From an uncultured Candidatus Saccharibacteria bacterium (lineage in GTDB: Bacteria > Patescibacteriota > 4484-211 > JAGQKX01), in NCBI GenBank assembly GCA_964392315.1, contig CAYMOT010000002.1:139637-203636 (forward strand): DNA of 64,000 nucleotides. Reading direction: 5' to 3'. This document shows, piece after piece, positions 35,415-45,871 of the stretch (position 1 is the first letter of the stretch; every line of letters begins with the position of its first letter). A model generated the notes under the pieces. That model did not search any database. It saw nothing but the letters and a program-made list of their open reading frames with translations, and was not told the DNA's origin. Both the position numbers and the translations under genes were made by a program.

Positions 35415-37214
35415 CTAGAGCGAGTCAAATGTAATTTTCTCCTCAGGTTCTTTCGTTTGTAATTTATATAGTTTCTCGTACAGCCCTTTTTGCGCAAGTA
35501 ATGCACGATGACTACCCTGTTCTACAATTTTGCCGTTTTTCATGACGACGATAACATCTGCATGTATAACGGTGGCCAACCGATGAGAAATGATTATTGT
35601 CGTACGATCTTTCATGAGCCGCTGCATCGCTTCTTGTATAAGTCGTTCATTTTCTGCATCAAGTGAGCTTGTTGCCTCGTCAAATATGATAATCGGAGGA
35701 TTTTTGAGTAGTGCTTGTGCAATTGCCAAACGCTGTTTTTGCCCACCAGAGAGCCGTACGCCTCTTTCGCCAATCTCAGTATCAAGCTTATCCGGTAGTT
35801 TATTAACAAATTCAGTCATGTTGGAAAGTTGCACAACACGTTCAATATCATCTGTGGTTGCTTTTGGATTTACGAATTTTAGATTGTTCTTAATGGTGTC
35901 GGAAAGCACAAACGGATCCTGAAATACGATGGCGATATGTTTACGAAGTGACGTGAGGTCATAATGAGTAATAGGCGTATCATCGATAGTGATTACTCCG
36001 GTTTGTGGCACATACAATCCCGCAATTAGTTTTGTGAGGGTCGTCTTACCCGATCCACTGGGGCCAACGAGTGCGACTGTGCTTCCCGGTTGAATTTCAA
36101 GTGATATGTTGGAAAGCACATTTCTGGTCTCGTTATACGCATACGAAACATTTGAGAATGAAATTGCTCCCTTCAAATTTCGCGCGATTACTTCTCCGGT
36201 AAAATCTGATGATTCCTTCGGTTCATCAAGGACCTCAAAGAGTCGTTTTATGTTAATTGAAGCTTCTTTAAAATCTAACTGCATATATAAAATTCTGCGA
36301 ATTGGTGTAAGCAAATTTGTGCTTAAAGCAGAAACGAGCGCAAGATCACCAAGGGATAAATTGTCATAAAATATAAGATACGCGGCTAATATTGTTGAAA
36401 TGACCAGTACGGTATCAGAGACTTGTCCTGCCAACCCGCCCCAGAACTGCCGACGCTTGTTTTGTTCTTTGTAATAATGTAAACCCTCTAGCTGAAACTT
36501 TTTTACCTTCGAAAGAATTGACGCGGGAAAACTGTTAACTTTTGTTGATTCAATACTGTTAAATGCTTCGATTAGCTTTCCTCCTGCCTTTTCTTCCATT
36601 TCTACTTTCTTCGGTGAATAGGTAGTAATTGCATTCATCGCAAGTTGGAAGAAAAGTGCATAAAGAGGCGCAGCAATAAGAATTACAATTAAGATTCTAT
36701 AATCAAGCTGGATAAGGATGGAGATAGAAAGTGTAGCGGTTACGAGCGGTGTCAAAATATCCATACTATAGTCAATGACCAAATCGCACAAAAAACTAAC
36801 ACCACCACGAAGCTTTTGGGTAATTTCGCCTACTGTAGTCCTATGAAAAAAGGATTGTTTGAGTGCAAAAAGACTTTCAGATGTACTTTGTACTAAGTCA
36901 ATATGAATTTCTTTTTTCCATGTATATGCATAATGATTACGGAGTGAACTTACGAGAGTTTGAGCGCCAAGGATAACAAAATAAATAACACCTATAACAA
37001 AGACATCTTTGAATGCTTCGGAATTTGATGGATTCTCAGCAATCGTATCTACGAGATGCTTATATACAAAACTTGGTAGTACATCAATTGTTCCTAATAT
37101 TACAGTAAAAATTACAATTACAACTATTTTTGTTCTATGCGGACGTACCAATGAGAATGAGCGAAGAATTTCTTTCACTTCTTCATCGTAATTCTTTTGG
37201 TAGTTACGGGTCAA
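35415..37214 (-). CDS. ABC transporter, fused permease/ATP-binding exporter
   Basis: Walker A GPSGSGKTT; signature LSGGQKQR; Walker B IIIFDEATS; N-terminal 6 TM. Confidence 0.85.
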   Translation of the reverse strand: MTRNYQKNYDEEVKEILRSFSLVRPHRTKIVVIVIFTVILGTIDVLPSFVYKHLVDTIAENPSNSEAFKDVFVIGVIYFVILGAQTLVSSLRNHYAYTWKKEIHIDLVQSTSESLFALKQSFFHRTTVGEITQKLRGGVSFLCDLVIDYSMDILTPLVTATLSISILIQLDYRILIVILIAAPLYALFFQLAMNAITTYSPKKVEMEEKAGGKLIEAFNSIESTKVNSFPASILSKVKKFQLEGLHYYKEQNKRRQFWGGLAGQVSDTVLVISTILAAYLIFYDNLSLGDLALVSALSTNLLTPIRRILYMQLDFKEASINIKRLFEVLDEPKESSDFTGEVIARNLKGAISFSNVSYAYNETRNVLSNISLEIQPGSTVALVGPSGSGKTTLTKLIAGLYVPQTGVITIDDTPITHYDLTSLRKHIAIVFQDPFVLSDTIKNNLKFVNPKATTDDIERVVQLSNMTEFVNKLPDKLDTEIGERGVRLSGGQKQRLAIAQALLKNPPIIIFDEATSSLDAENERLIQEAMQRLMKDRTTIIISHRLATVIHADVIVVMKNGKIVEQGSHRALLAQKGLYEKLYKLQTKEPEEKITFDSL

Positions 37215-37252
37215 TCATTGAAGCGATACTACTTTGAAGGTACAATCATCCA

Positions 37253-38260
37253 ATGTCTGAGCATAAGAATAATACGTACGAGGAAATTTGGGACACTTTG
37301 CAGAAATCAGAAACCATATTTATCCCTTTACATGTAAGTCCCGATCCTGATTCATTTGGCAGTGCTTTGGCTTCAACTATTTTACTTAAAAATTTGGGCA
37401 AAACGGTAACACTAATTTCTGCAGATCAGCCGCCAAAAGCCACTACTCTTGAAAAATTGGAAAATGTTCTAATTAAAGATCCGAGTGAAGTTGATTTAAG
37501 CAAATATGATGTGCTGCTCATTCAGGATTTAAGTGATTATGCACGAATATCTAAGAATAAAATTGAGATTCCGGCTTCGTGCACCATGATTAATATAGAT
37601 CACCATCAGGATAATAAAATTTTTGGTAATCTGAACTACGTAGACTTACAGGCCCATTCTACTGCGGAAATTCTCTTCGATTTGTATTCTAAGGTCGGTG
37701 CCAAAATTACCTATGAAGTCGCCTTAAGTTTGTTCTATGGAGTAGTTTCTGATACCGGATGGTTTGCTTATTCAGTTACACCCAAAACACTTGAGATTGC
37801 AAGCAAACTCGTGTCATATGGGATTGACACTCGATTAGTTCAATACGATTTAAGCACAATAACGTATAAACAGTTAAAATTTTATGGATTGGTATATGCT
37901 AATACACGTATTGATGAAGAATTAAATTTTGCTTACTCCTTTATTTCATACCAACAATTAGTCGAACTCGGTATAGATGGTGATAGACAAGCAACTATAG
38001 GTGATTTAACTAAAATGTATAAATATGTAACAGAACCAAATATTAAATTTGGGATTGTTATAAAAGAGTCAGAACCAGGTAAATTTAAGGCATCACTAAG
38101 AACGCAGGAGAGTGGTACCTTTAATGTCGCAAATATTGCTTCTAAAGTAAGTAATACAGGAGGAGGGCATGTCATGTCAGCAGGTTTTATGATAATGGCT
38201 AATTCTTTTGATGAGATACTCGAGCGTGTGCGTGAAGCTGTCAGATCTGTGAGTGATTAG
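37253..38260 (+). CDS. DHH/DHHA1 phosphoesterase (NrnA-like nanoRNase / pAp phosphatase)
   Basis: Motifs HVSPDPDSFGSALA, NIDHHQDN (DHH) and GGGH (DHHA1). Confidence 0.7.
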   Translation: MSEHKNNTYEEIWDTLQKSETIFIPLHVSPDPDSFGSALASTILLKNLGKTVTLISADQPPKATTLEKLENVLIKDPSEVDLSKYDVLLIQDLSDYARISKNKIEIPASCTMINIDHHQDNKIFGNLNYVDLQAHSTAEILFDLYSKVGAKITYEVALSLFYGVVSDTGWFAYSVTPKTLEIASKLVSYGIDTRLVQYDLSTITYKQLKFYGLVYANTRIDEELNFAYSFISYQQLVELGIDGDRQATIGDLTKMYKYVTEPNIKFGIVIKESEPGKFKASLRTQESGTFNVANIASKVSNTGGGHVMSAGFMIMANSFDEILERVREAVRSVSD

Positions 38261-38776
38261 TTACTTTTTCCTATCCATCAATACATACAATCCAATCACG
38301 ATCAGAATTATTGGCCAGAGTCTGCCAATATCAAAAAAGCGGAAGAATCCGAAATTCTTAAGAAATAGCCAGCTTCCAAGAAGAATAAGAATTACACCAA
38401 GCCAGTTTGTTCCTGAATTTGAAGTTGGTGTTGGGGTTTGCGTAGGTGCCGATTGAGGCTTTTCTTCGTCCTTAAACTCTTGTTCAATTTTGCTTTTCAC
38501 TTCCTGGTATTTATTACCCATTTCCTGGAAACCTTCTCGCATAGTTGCCTCACCGATTGTTTGTGCGGAACTGGTAGCACCTGGAATAACGAGCCACAAA
38601 ATTACATAGAGAATAATTCCGGATCCCGTAGCAAATGCCAATACAATAAATATAATCCTGACGACTGATGGATCAATATCAAAATACTCTCCGATTCCTC
38701 CACATACCCCTGCAATGACTTGATTTGTTGCCGACCGTCTTAAGGTTTTGTTAGGCATACAGGTATTATAACTCAA
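38261..38776 (-). CDS. PspC-domain membrane protein
   Basis: LRRSATNQVIAGVCGGIGEYFDIDPSVVRIIFIVLAF is the PspC signature; 2-3 TM. Confidence 0.65.
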   Translation of the reverse strand: MSYNTCMPNKTLRRSATNQVIAGVCGGIGEYFDIDPSVVRIIFIVLAFATGSGIILYVILWLVIPGATSSAQTIGEATMREGFQEMGNKYQEVKSKIEQEFKDEEKPQSAPTQTPTPTSNSGTNWLGVILILLGSWLFLKNFGFFRFFDIGRLWPIILIVIGLYVLMDRKK

Positions 38777-39339
38777 TTGTAAACATTTGAATCATTCAGT
38801 TCTTCAACCTCCGCATTCATGAATACGTCTTGTACGTCATCGTGCTCTTCCAATGCATCAGCCAAATTAAGGAGCTGCTCGGTAATTTTTTTGTCCTCAA
38901 CATGAATGGTAAATGCAGGATTCTCGGGATCATCTCCAAAGACATATGCTGCGGATCCAGCACTTCCTAATGTACCATTATGTTTGCTAAAGATATTTCT
39001 AATTTCCGCTACTGCCCTGTTACGGTTATCGGTCAATGTTTTCACCAGAAACGCCACCCCTCCCGGGCCGTATCCTTCATAGGTAATTTCTTCCAATGGT
39101 CCCGTATCCAATTCGCCGGTACCGAGTTTGATGGCTTTATCAATTCGGTCTTTGGGTAGATTAAACTTACGTGCCTGTTCGATTGCGGATGCAAGTGTTG
39201 GATTAAACGCGGGGTCGCCTCCCCCACTTCGGGCTGCATAGGTGATTTGACGTGCGAGCTTAGTGAATACTTTTGCTTTCTTCGCATCATTCAGACCTTT
39301 CTGTCTTTTGATTTGAGCCCAATGAGAATGTCCAGCCAT
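38773..39339 (-). CDS. YebC/PmpR-family transcriptional regulator (shorter than typical)
   Basis: MAGHSHWAQIKRQKG N-terminus is the YebC hallmark. ATGA-type overlap with pspC. About 188 aa versus the usual ~240. Confidence 0.65.
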   Translation of the reverse strand: MAGHSHWAQIKRQKGLNDAKKAKVFTKLARQITYAARSGGGDPAFNPTLASAIEQARKFNLPKDRIDKAIKLGTGELDTGPLEEITYEGYGPGGVAFLVKTLTDNRNRAVAEIRNIFSKHNGTLGSAGSAAYVFGDDPENPAFTIHVEDKKITEQLLNLADALEEHDDVQDVFMNAEVEELNDSNVYN

Positions 39340-39421
39340 TGGAATAATGATAGTATAAATAGACAAATAATCAAATAATACAAATCTGGCACTATTTCTT
39401 ACTTACGACTTAGAACTTATT

Positions 39422-40099
39422 TTGTTATACTACCAAGGTATGAAAGAACGTTGGGGAATTTTAGCTGCTGGTGTTATAGTAATCATTTTTGCATACTCCC
39501 TCTTTAGTAAAGGTGGGTTTGACGGAGGAGATGTGAATAGTGCAATCGACACAGACACTACAACTCCAACATCAACCACCATGAAACAGTATCCAAGTGC
39601 TCCAGCAATGATGTTAGAAGATGGCGTTGACTATAAAGCCCTATTAAAAACCACTAAAGGGGAGATAACGATTGATTTGTATGAGACACAAACTCCTATC
39701 ACTGTGAATAATTTTGTGTTTCTTGCCCAAGACGGTTATTACGAAAATGTACCCATACATAGAATAATCAAAAACTTCATGATTCAAACAGGTGACCCGA
39801 CGGGTACAGGGCGTGGAAATCCTGGGTACCAATTTGAAGATGAACTTTTTGAAGGTGAATATACCCGAGGTGTTGTTGCGATGGCTAATGCTGGACCTGA
39901 TACGAACGGAAGTCAGTTTTTTATTATGCACCAAGATTTTGCGCTTCAAAAGAATTATGTCATCTTTGGACAAGTAGTTGAAGGGATTGAGGTTGTAGAT
40001 GCCTTAGCAGATACTCCGGTTCAAGCAAATCAATTTGGTGAGATGTCCATACCTACAGAAAAAGTATTCATCGAATCTGTCGAAATAACTAAAGCGTAG
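39422..40099 (+). CDS. Cyclophilin-type peptidyl-prolyl cis-trans isomerase with an N-terminal membrane anchor
   Basis: HRIIKNFMIQTGDPTGTG, GVVAMANAGPDTNGSQFFI; N-terminal TM. Confidence 0.8.
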   Translation: MLYYQGMKERWGILAAGVIVIIFAYSLFSKGGFDGGDVNSAIDTDTTTPTSTTMKQYPSAPAMMLEDGVDYKALLKTTKGEITIDLYETQTPITVNNFVFLAQDGYYENVPIHRIIKNFMIQTGDPTGTGRGNPGYQFEDELFEGEYTRGVVAMANAGPDTNGSQFFIMHQDFALQKNYVIFGQVVEGIEVVDALADTPVQANQFGEMSIPTEKVFIESVEITKA

Positions 40100-40141
40100 T
40101 GTTTTGCCCCTTAGCCTTTCTGCATGCTAAAATTCATGTAT

Positions 40142-40218
40142 GCCCCAGTAGCTCAGTAGGATAGAGCAACTCCCTTCTAAGGAGTAGGTCAGAGGTTCGA
40201 CTCCTCTCTGGGGTACCA
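40142..40218 (+). tRNA. tRNA-Arg (anticodon TCT), canonical
   Basis: Anticodon arm ACTCC-CTTCTAA-GGAGT; D stem GCTC/GAGC; T arm AGAGG-TTCGACT-CCTCT; A73; CCA encoded. Confidence 0.85.
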
Positions 40219-40219
40219 C

Positions 40220-41509
40220 CTATAGTCCTTCTTGTCTTCTCAGAAGCTCGAAGGCTTCTTCGCGACGGCATAATTTCGCAATATCTTCAGGGTGAGTGAG
40301 AAGGTGTTCTACAATACCTTCTTGTCTTCCGCCTTTGACCAGTATCAGGTCACCTGGTTGAAGTAGTGCTTTAGTTGTTTCAAAGGCTTCTTTGTTGGTT
40401 GCAGTGACATGAATGTGATCGTGTGCAAGGCCTCTTTCCAATAGCCTCGGCAGTGTGAATTCTTTAACGAGCGAACCATTTAAGACGACTTCGTCGAACC
40501 CTACCCCATATAGGCTATCTGCAAGCTCGTGGTGAGATATTTCACTAAAACTTCCCTGCTCTAATAGTGCTCCAATAACCGCGATTTTACGTTTTGCTGG
40601 TATTTCTTTTACGAGATCCAGTATAACCGCCATTGAATTAGCATTTGCATTATACGAGCTATCCAAAATTGTTGTGCCATTAATCCCTTCAAAAATACTT
40701 GATCGACTCGGTGGAAGTTCAAATGTATCAAACGGTGTTGGTAGCGGGATATTCCTGATTTGGGCTAAGGTAAGAGCGGCAAGTATGCTATATCCAAATT
40801 CTTTCGGGAGTACATAACGAAAATGATACGTTTCTCCGTGTATTGTAAATTGCGTGCCGTTTGTAGAAAGTGCATATTTCTCTACTGCATTTATTGATAC
40901 AGGATGTACGCGTGCTGAAGTGCGCTCACACTGCTTCATGAGCCGTGGATCGTCGCCATTTACTATGCAGTAGTCAGAAGTATACTTAAGAAAGTTACCG
41001 AATTCGTATGAGATAGCATCTTGCACATCAGAAAATTCAGAATTTTGCAGACGAGTTTCAAAATTCATTGCATGCGTGCGTGCTGTGTTAAGCCAAATGG
41101 TGATGGCTGGTCTAAGCCGATTTCCCAAAAACTCACCTTCGTGCGGACGGTCACAGTCGGCCTCTGCAACAAATATTCTTTCCTCTGGCAAGCGATAATT
41201 GAGATTAATCAGCGCATGCCAAAATAAGTAAGGCCATTCGCGCATCCTCAATGATATGCGCTTCATGCTGAGGAGAAAAAAGGCAAGTCCGTAGGAGCTA
41301 TTTGCCTTATGAGAATAGACTGCCTGTTCACCGAGAACAGTTTCAACCAGATTTAGCGTAGAGGTTTTACCGTTTGACCCTGTTATCACAATTACTTCGG
41401 GTTTCCACCGTTTAAGTCTAATATGTGCGAAAAACCAAAAGTACGAAGCAAGAGTGAAGTGAAATTTCTTTTTGCCCCATTCCAGGATTTTCTCTAGCTG
41501 CTGTTTCAT
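40220..41509 (-). CDS. Mur ligase family protein (MurF-like)
   Basis: ITGSNGKTST P-loop of Mur ligases; 429 aa. Confidence 0.55.
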   Translation of the reverse strand: MKQQLEKILEWGKKKFHFTLASYFWFFAHIRLKRWKPEVIVITGSNGKTSTLNLVETVLGEQAVYSHKANSSYGLAFFLLSMKRISLRMREWPYLFWHALINLNYRLPEERIFVAEADCDRPHEGEFLGNRLRPAITIWLNTARTHAMNFETRLQNSEFSDVQDAISYEFGNFLKYTSDYCIVNGDDPRLMKQCERTSARVHPVSINAVEKYALSTNGTQFTIHGETYHFRYVLPKEFGYSILAALTLAQIRNIPLPTPFDTFELPPSRSSIFEGINGTTILDSSYNANANSMAVILDLVKEIPAKRKIAVIGALLEQGSFSEISHHELADSLYGVGFDEVVLNGSLVKEFTLPRLLERGLAHDHIHVTATNKEAFETTKALLQPGDLILVKGGRQEGIVEHLLTHPEDIAKLCRREEAFELLRRQEGL

Positions 41510-41524
41510 TAATAGGATTATAAT

Positions 41525-42352
41525 ATGAATACCGTTATCATAGCTATGCTTTTAGAAAAATACTCGCATTTAATGGGCAATGAGCCAAAACATAGTTACT
41601 ATTCCCCCACTAACCTATTTATCATGGACCTCAATAATGATCTGACTATTGAGAGATATGCTAAGGGGTGTTGTTTGATCCGCACTCTACCCATAAGTAA
41701 CCAAAGGGTAGTTTCGTTTGTAGGTCCGGTATCAAAAGCTATCTTCGATCGTTTTCAGGATTCACCAGATATTGTTATTGAGAGTACCGTCCCTTTCGCA
41801 CCGTTTACCGTAGACCGAGACAATGCGGAATATGTATATTCTGTAAAGGAAGTGAGCGTAATACAGGGGAAGCGGTTCGAGAATGTAAGGAGAAAGAACA
41901 ATAGATTCAATAAACAAATAAACAAATACCAAATATGCAATTTAGAAAACTCAGAAGACAAAAGTCTTAGAAGCGGCCTTTGGGAATTCTTTGAGAGGCC
42001 AATTCATTCGTCTGATATAAATGCTCAAGTTGAGGCGATGGCGTTTGAAAAGTGGCTTCTTTTTGCGGACCAGTTGCCGACAAAAGTTGTAACGGTACTA
42101 CACAACGACAAGGTTATTGGGTTTAGTGTTATTGAAGTGCTCAACAAGACACTATTGATACATTTTTTCAAAACTGAACATACTGTTGTAGGCTTGGCCG
42201 AATACTTATTTGTGGAAATTGCACGTATGCATCGGGAAGAAGTTGAATGGATTAACTTCCAACAAGATCTTGGGATTGAAGGTTTAATACAGTTCAAAAA
42301 CCATTTACAGCCTTCACTGCAATTACTCAGCTTTATTCTTGGTTCCGATTAA
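41525..42352 (+). CDS. Hypothetical protein (possible acyltransferase/GNAT-like fold, DUF2156-like)
   Basis: 275 aa; C-terminal KVIGFSVIEVLNKTLLIHFFK .. resembles the LPG-synthase C-terminal/FemAB-like fold. Weak. Confidence 0.3.
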   Translation: MNTVIIAMLLEKYSHLMGNEPKHSYYSPTNLFIMDLNNDLTIERYAKGCCLIRTLPISNQRVVSFVGPVSKAIFDRFQDSPDIVIESTVPFAPFTVDRDNAEYVYSVKEVSVIQGKRFENVRRKNNRFNKQINKYQICNLENSEDKSLRSGLWEFFERPIHSSDINAQVEAMAFEKWLLFADQLPTKVVTVLHNDKVIGFSVIEVLNKTLLIHFFKTEHTVVGLAEYLFVEIARMHREEVEWINFQQDLGIEGLIQFKNHLQPSLQLLSFILGSD

Positions 42353-43546
42353 CCGTTTAAGAGACAGCCGATTGTCATACTCCAATGACCCTACGTCAAA
42401 TAACTTGAATGCAACCCAGAAACCGATACCAACATATACAATCAGGGCGATTGCACTTACTATACCCTCCCATATCGGCAACGCTTGTAGTGTGTTTCTG
42501 CCAAGAAGGATAAGCGGTGCGGTGAAGGGGAAGAAACTCAATATGCGGGCAATAGTTCCCATCGGTTCTTGTATGATGAGCGTTATAAAATAAATCGGAA
42601 AAATCGAAACAATTATAAATATTGAAGAGAAGCTTTGTGCCTCACGGTATGTAGGCATTGCAGCACCCACACCAACCATAATTGTTGCCATGATAAGGAA
42701 TCCAGCAAAAAGATAGAATATGCCCAGGATTATGGAAATCGGATCAATGACAATTGCTGACCAGTCAATTTCAATTGGTAGTTTGTCTATTGTAAACCAT
42801 AGGATTGCTATACTACAGGTGCCAAGTACCAGTACTTGTGTCACCGTCACTCCGACAAGTCCTACAATTTTTCCCCATACTAAGTGTTTGGATGGCATAA
42901 TAGACAGCAGAATTTCGATCATGCGGGATTCTTTTTCTTCAGATACGCTCAAAAGCAGGAAGCTCGTTGACATCATCGTCAGTAAAAAGTAAAGAACAAG
43001 GATTACCGCAGGTACGACAAATTTTTCAATATCAATGATAACCTCTTCCCCATTGGCATATGTTTTTGTGTTTACCTCTAGTTGCGCGTTGTATAGTTGT
43101 ATAAGATGAGGATCTCCGATTCGTAGCAGAATGCTCTGTTGGAGTAGATTTCGCGCAACGTCATTGAATCGTCCACGTGTAACAAGCCCGGTGTCTTTGG
43201 CGTGTACTATTATTTCCTGATCTTGTGCGATGGCAGAAGGATAATAGATGAGTGCGTCTATATTGCCGCTTTTAACTTGTGAGAGCGATTGTTCATAATC
43301 GGTTACCAGGACAAATGGTGTAGCAATAAGTGTCGGATTTATGTAGCCAGATTCGTCAAATACCTCAATTGCACTCGCATTCTGTACTTGCTCTTGGATT
43401 TTTTTCTCTGCTTGCTCAGCTGTGTAACCCGAAATAAAACTAACCAAGCCGATAAATGCCGGTAAAAGCAATGTAGAAACCCAAAAAGAGGGTTTCCTCA
43501 CAATTTTTATATATTCTCGTTGTGCGACAAGTAGTAGATTGCGCAT
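42323..43546 (-). CDS. ABC-2 type transporter permease
   Basis: N-terminal TM, large extracytoplasmic loop, then 5 TM; follows the ABC ATPase gene. Confidence 0.6.
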   Translation of the reverse strand: MRNLLLVAQREYIKIVRKPSFWVSTLLLPAFIGLVSFISGYTAEQAEKKIQEQVQNASAIEVFDESGYINPTLIATPFVLVTDYEQSLSQVKSGNIDALIYYPSAIAQDQEIIVHAKDTGLVTRGRFNDVARNLLQQSILLRIGDPHLIQLYNAQLEVNTKTYANGEEVIIDIEKFVVPAVILVLYFLLTMMSTSFLLLSVSEEKESRMIEILLSIMPSKHLVWGKIVGLVGVTVTQVLVLGTCSIAILWFTIDKLPIEIDWSAIVIDPISIILGIFYLFAGFLIMATIMVGVGAAMPTYREAQSFSSIFIIVSIFPIYFITLIIQEPMGTIARILSFFPFTAPLILLGRNTLQALPIWEGIVSAIALIVYVGIGFWVAFKLFDVGSLEYDNRLSLKRLIGTKNKAE

Positions 43547-43584
43547 AATTTAATTAGTATGCAAATTTACAAACGTAGTAATTT

Positions 43585-44322
43585 TTAGGTGGTCTCCTCC
43601 TTCCTTGATACATCAACAAAGATTTCATGTAATGACTTCCCTCCGAATCCCTTTTTAATTTGATCCAATGGCCCATACAGTATTTTCTTACCTTGCTTTA
43701 TCATAAGGATTCTGTGTGCGATCTTCTCAACTTCCTCCATCTGATGTGAAATAAAAATAATGGTAGAACCTTGCTGGTTTAGTTCTAGAAGCGATTGCAT
43801 GAGGATATCCTGGTTTAAGGGGTCCAGGCCTTTTGTGGGTTCATCCAGAATCATAAGTCTTGGTTTGTTAATAATAGCGATGCCTAATTGCACTTTTTGT
43901 TGTTGACCGGAGGAGAGTCGCTTGATTTCAACATTTGCCTTATCGGCGAGTTCAACCCATTCTAAGTATTCATGGGCTCTTGTCTTTGCTTCTGCTTTGG
44001 AGAGTCCTTTTATTTGGCCAAAATATATGAGTGTCTCCAGTACTCGAGCATCTTTGTACAGCCCTCGTTCTTCGGGAAGATACCCAATCATTTGCGCCAT
44101 ATTAGTGGAAAATGGTTTATTATCAATAAGCAATGTCCCAGACGTAGGAGTGTAAATTCCCAAAAGGCATCGTACCGTGGTTGTTTTACCTGAACCGTTT
44201 GAGCCAAGAAAAGCAAAAATTTCACCTTCATTCACTTCAAATGAAAGGTCATCTACAGCAATCATATCGCCGAACCGTTTCGTAAAGTGTTCGACCTTGA
44301 TCATAAAAAGATTATATACCAC
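43585..44322 (-). CDS. ABC transporter ATP-binding protein (partner of the ABC-2 permease)
   Basis: Walker A GSNGSGKTT; signature LSSGQQQK; Walker B LMILDEPTKGLD. Confidence 0.8.
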   Translation of the reverse strand: MVYNLFMIKVEHFTKRFGDMIAVDDLSFEVNEGEIFAFLGSNGSGKTTTVRCLLGIYTPTSGTLLIDNKPFSTNMAQMIGYLPEERGLYKDARVLETLIYFGQIKGLSKAEAKTRAHEYLEWVELADKANVEIKRLSSGQQQKVQLGIAIINKPRLMILDEPTKGLDPLNQDILMQSLLELNQQGSTIIFISHQMEEVEKIAHRILMIKQGKKILYGPLDQIKKGFGGKSLHEIFVDVSRKEETT

Positions 44323-44328
44323 GTGGCG

Positions 44329-45186
44329 TCATTTTATTAAATTTGAGTTTTTAGCGGAGTGTATATAGTTATTTGCCGCAAGCCAACCATCGGGTGTTCC
44401 GCAGTCCATGTATTCTCCCGAAGGTATAAGAATTGCTATATTTTGACTTTGTGCATACGCCAACAACGGAGTCGTTAAGAGGTACTCATTAAGTATGGGA
44501 TCAGGTTGTTGTACAAAAATAAATTCAAATATGTCAGGAGTGAGCAAGTATTTACTGACATTTGCCAAATTAGAGGTTGCTTCAGTGATTACCGGCTTTT
44601 CAACAATATTTGTCATGAATTTGTATGTCGATCGCTCCTCAAATTCAACTACACCGTAGCGACTGACTGTCTCCCAGGGGATTTCTCTACACGTAATGAC
44701 ACCCTGTGCACTGGCTTCAGTAAGGAGCATATTCATTTCATTTAAGAGACTCTTGCCATTTTTATAGAAAATAAAGTCATCACCCATTAAAACTGCAAAA
44801 CGAGGTTCATCTTTAACATGTTCATAACATAGTTTGAGCGGAATGCTTGTGCCATAGGGTTTATCCGGACCAATTTCTTGCTCTACAAAGGTAAATATAA
44901 CTGACGAAATTCGTGCTAGGTGCTCTAAGTACTTTTCCTCTTTTTTGTTGCTTTCTAGATATCGGAGGGTGGTTGTGTTCTCGGTATAAAAGTCTCTAAT
45001 TTGTGTGTCGCCTTTTCGTACGACAAAAATAATCTCTTCGATTCCAGCATTAATACAATCTTCTACCACGTAGTCAATTACAGGGCGTGTAAGTATAGGA
45101 AGCATTTCCTTGTTGATCGTTGCAGTTATGGGAAGAAATCTTGTGCCGGTACCAGCGGCTGGTATTATTGCCTTTCGGATTTTCAT
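44329..45186 (-). CDS. galU: UTP--glucose-1-phosphate uridylyltransferase
   Basis: KAIIPAAGTGTRFLPITATINKEMLPI matches the GalU 'PAAGLGTRFLPATK..PKEMLP' signature. Confidence 0.75.
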   Translation of the reverse strand: MKIRKAIIPAAGTGTRFLPITATINKEMLPILTRPVIDYVVEDCINAGIEEIIFVVRKGDTQIRDFYTENTTTLRYLESNKKEEKYLEHLARISSVIFTFVEQEIGPDKPYGTSIPLKLCYEHVKDEPRFAVLMGDDFIFYKNGKSLLNEMNMLLTEASAQGVITCREIPWETVSRYGVVEFEERSTYKFMTNIVEKPVITEATSNLANVSKYLLTPDIFEFIFVQQPDPILNEYLLTTPLLAYAQSQNIAILIPSGEYMDCGTPDGWLAANNYIHSAKNSNLIK

Positions 45187-45212
45187 ATAATGAGTTTACA
45201 ATACAAGGTGAT

Positions 45213-45845
45213 ATGCAAGTACGTGCAGATTTGGTTAATACCGAATTGAAAAAGCTCTACCCAACTCCTCCATCAACGCCATTACACTATGCAACTCCGT
45301 GGGAATTGTTGGTAGCGGTTATTTTGTCAGCGCAATGTACCGATGAAAGAGTCAATATTGTCACAGCACAGCTATTCAAAAAATATAAAAACATGAGTGA
45401 TTATGCGAATGCAGACATGAGCGAATTTGAGCACGATATCATGTCTACGGGGTTCTACAAAAACAAAGCAAAAAGTGTTATTGGTGCTGCCCAGAAAATT
45501 CTGAACGACTATAATGGCGAACTTCCATCAACGCTGGAAGAATTAATTACATTGCCCGGTGTAGGAAGGAAAACAGCGAATGTAATTTTGGGTGAAATAT
45601 TTCATACACATGAAGGCATAGTGGTTGATACGCATGTGTTGAGGTTGTGTAAGAAGTTTGGCTTGAGTGAGAGTAAAAATGCTGAAACCTTAGAAAGGGA
45701 ATTAATGGAGCTTATTCCAAAAGAAGATTGGTGGGGGTTTGGGGCGCGTCTTAAGCATTACGGCCGAGATTATAGCCCGGCGAAGTTGAATACTGTGTAT
45801 GAGGATCCAATAGGACAAAAATTACTAACCGAAGGACTAATATGA
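45213..45845 (+). CDS. nth: Endonuclease III-like HhH-GPD DNA glycosylase, lacking the C-terminal Fe-S cysteine cluster
   Basis: LPGVGRKTANVIL helix-hairpin-helix + catalytic Asp region (VDTHV). AAGGTG SD upstream of the ATG at 45213. No Cx6Cx2Cx5C motif at the C-terminus. Confidence 0.65.
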   Translation: MQVRADLVNTELKKLYPTPPSTPLHYATPWELLVAVILSAQCTDERVNIVTAQLFKKYKNMSDYANADMSEFEHDIMSTGFYKNKAKSVIGAAQKILNDYNGELPSTLEELITLPGVGRKTANVILGEIFHTHEGIVVDTHVLRLCKKFGLSESKNAETLERELMELIPKEDWWGFGARLKHYGRDYSPAKLNTVYEDPIGQKLLTEGLI

Positions 45846-45871
45846 TTAGCCACTAGTCAGCTGCTAATTGT

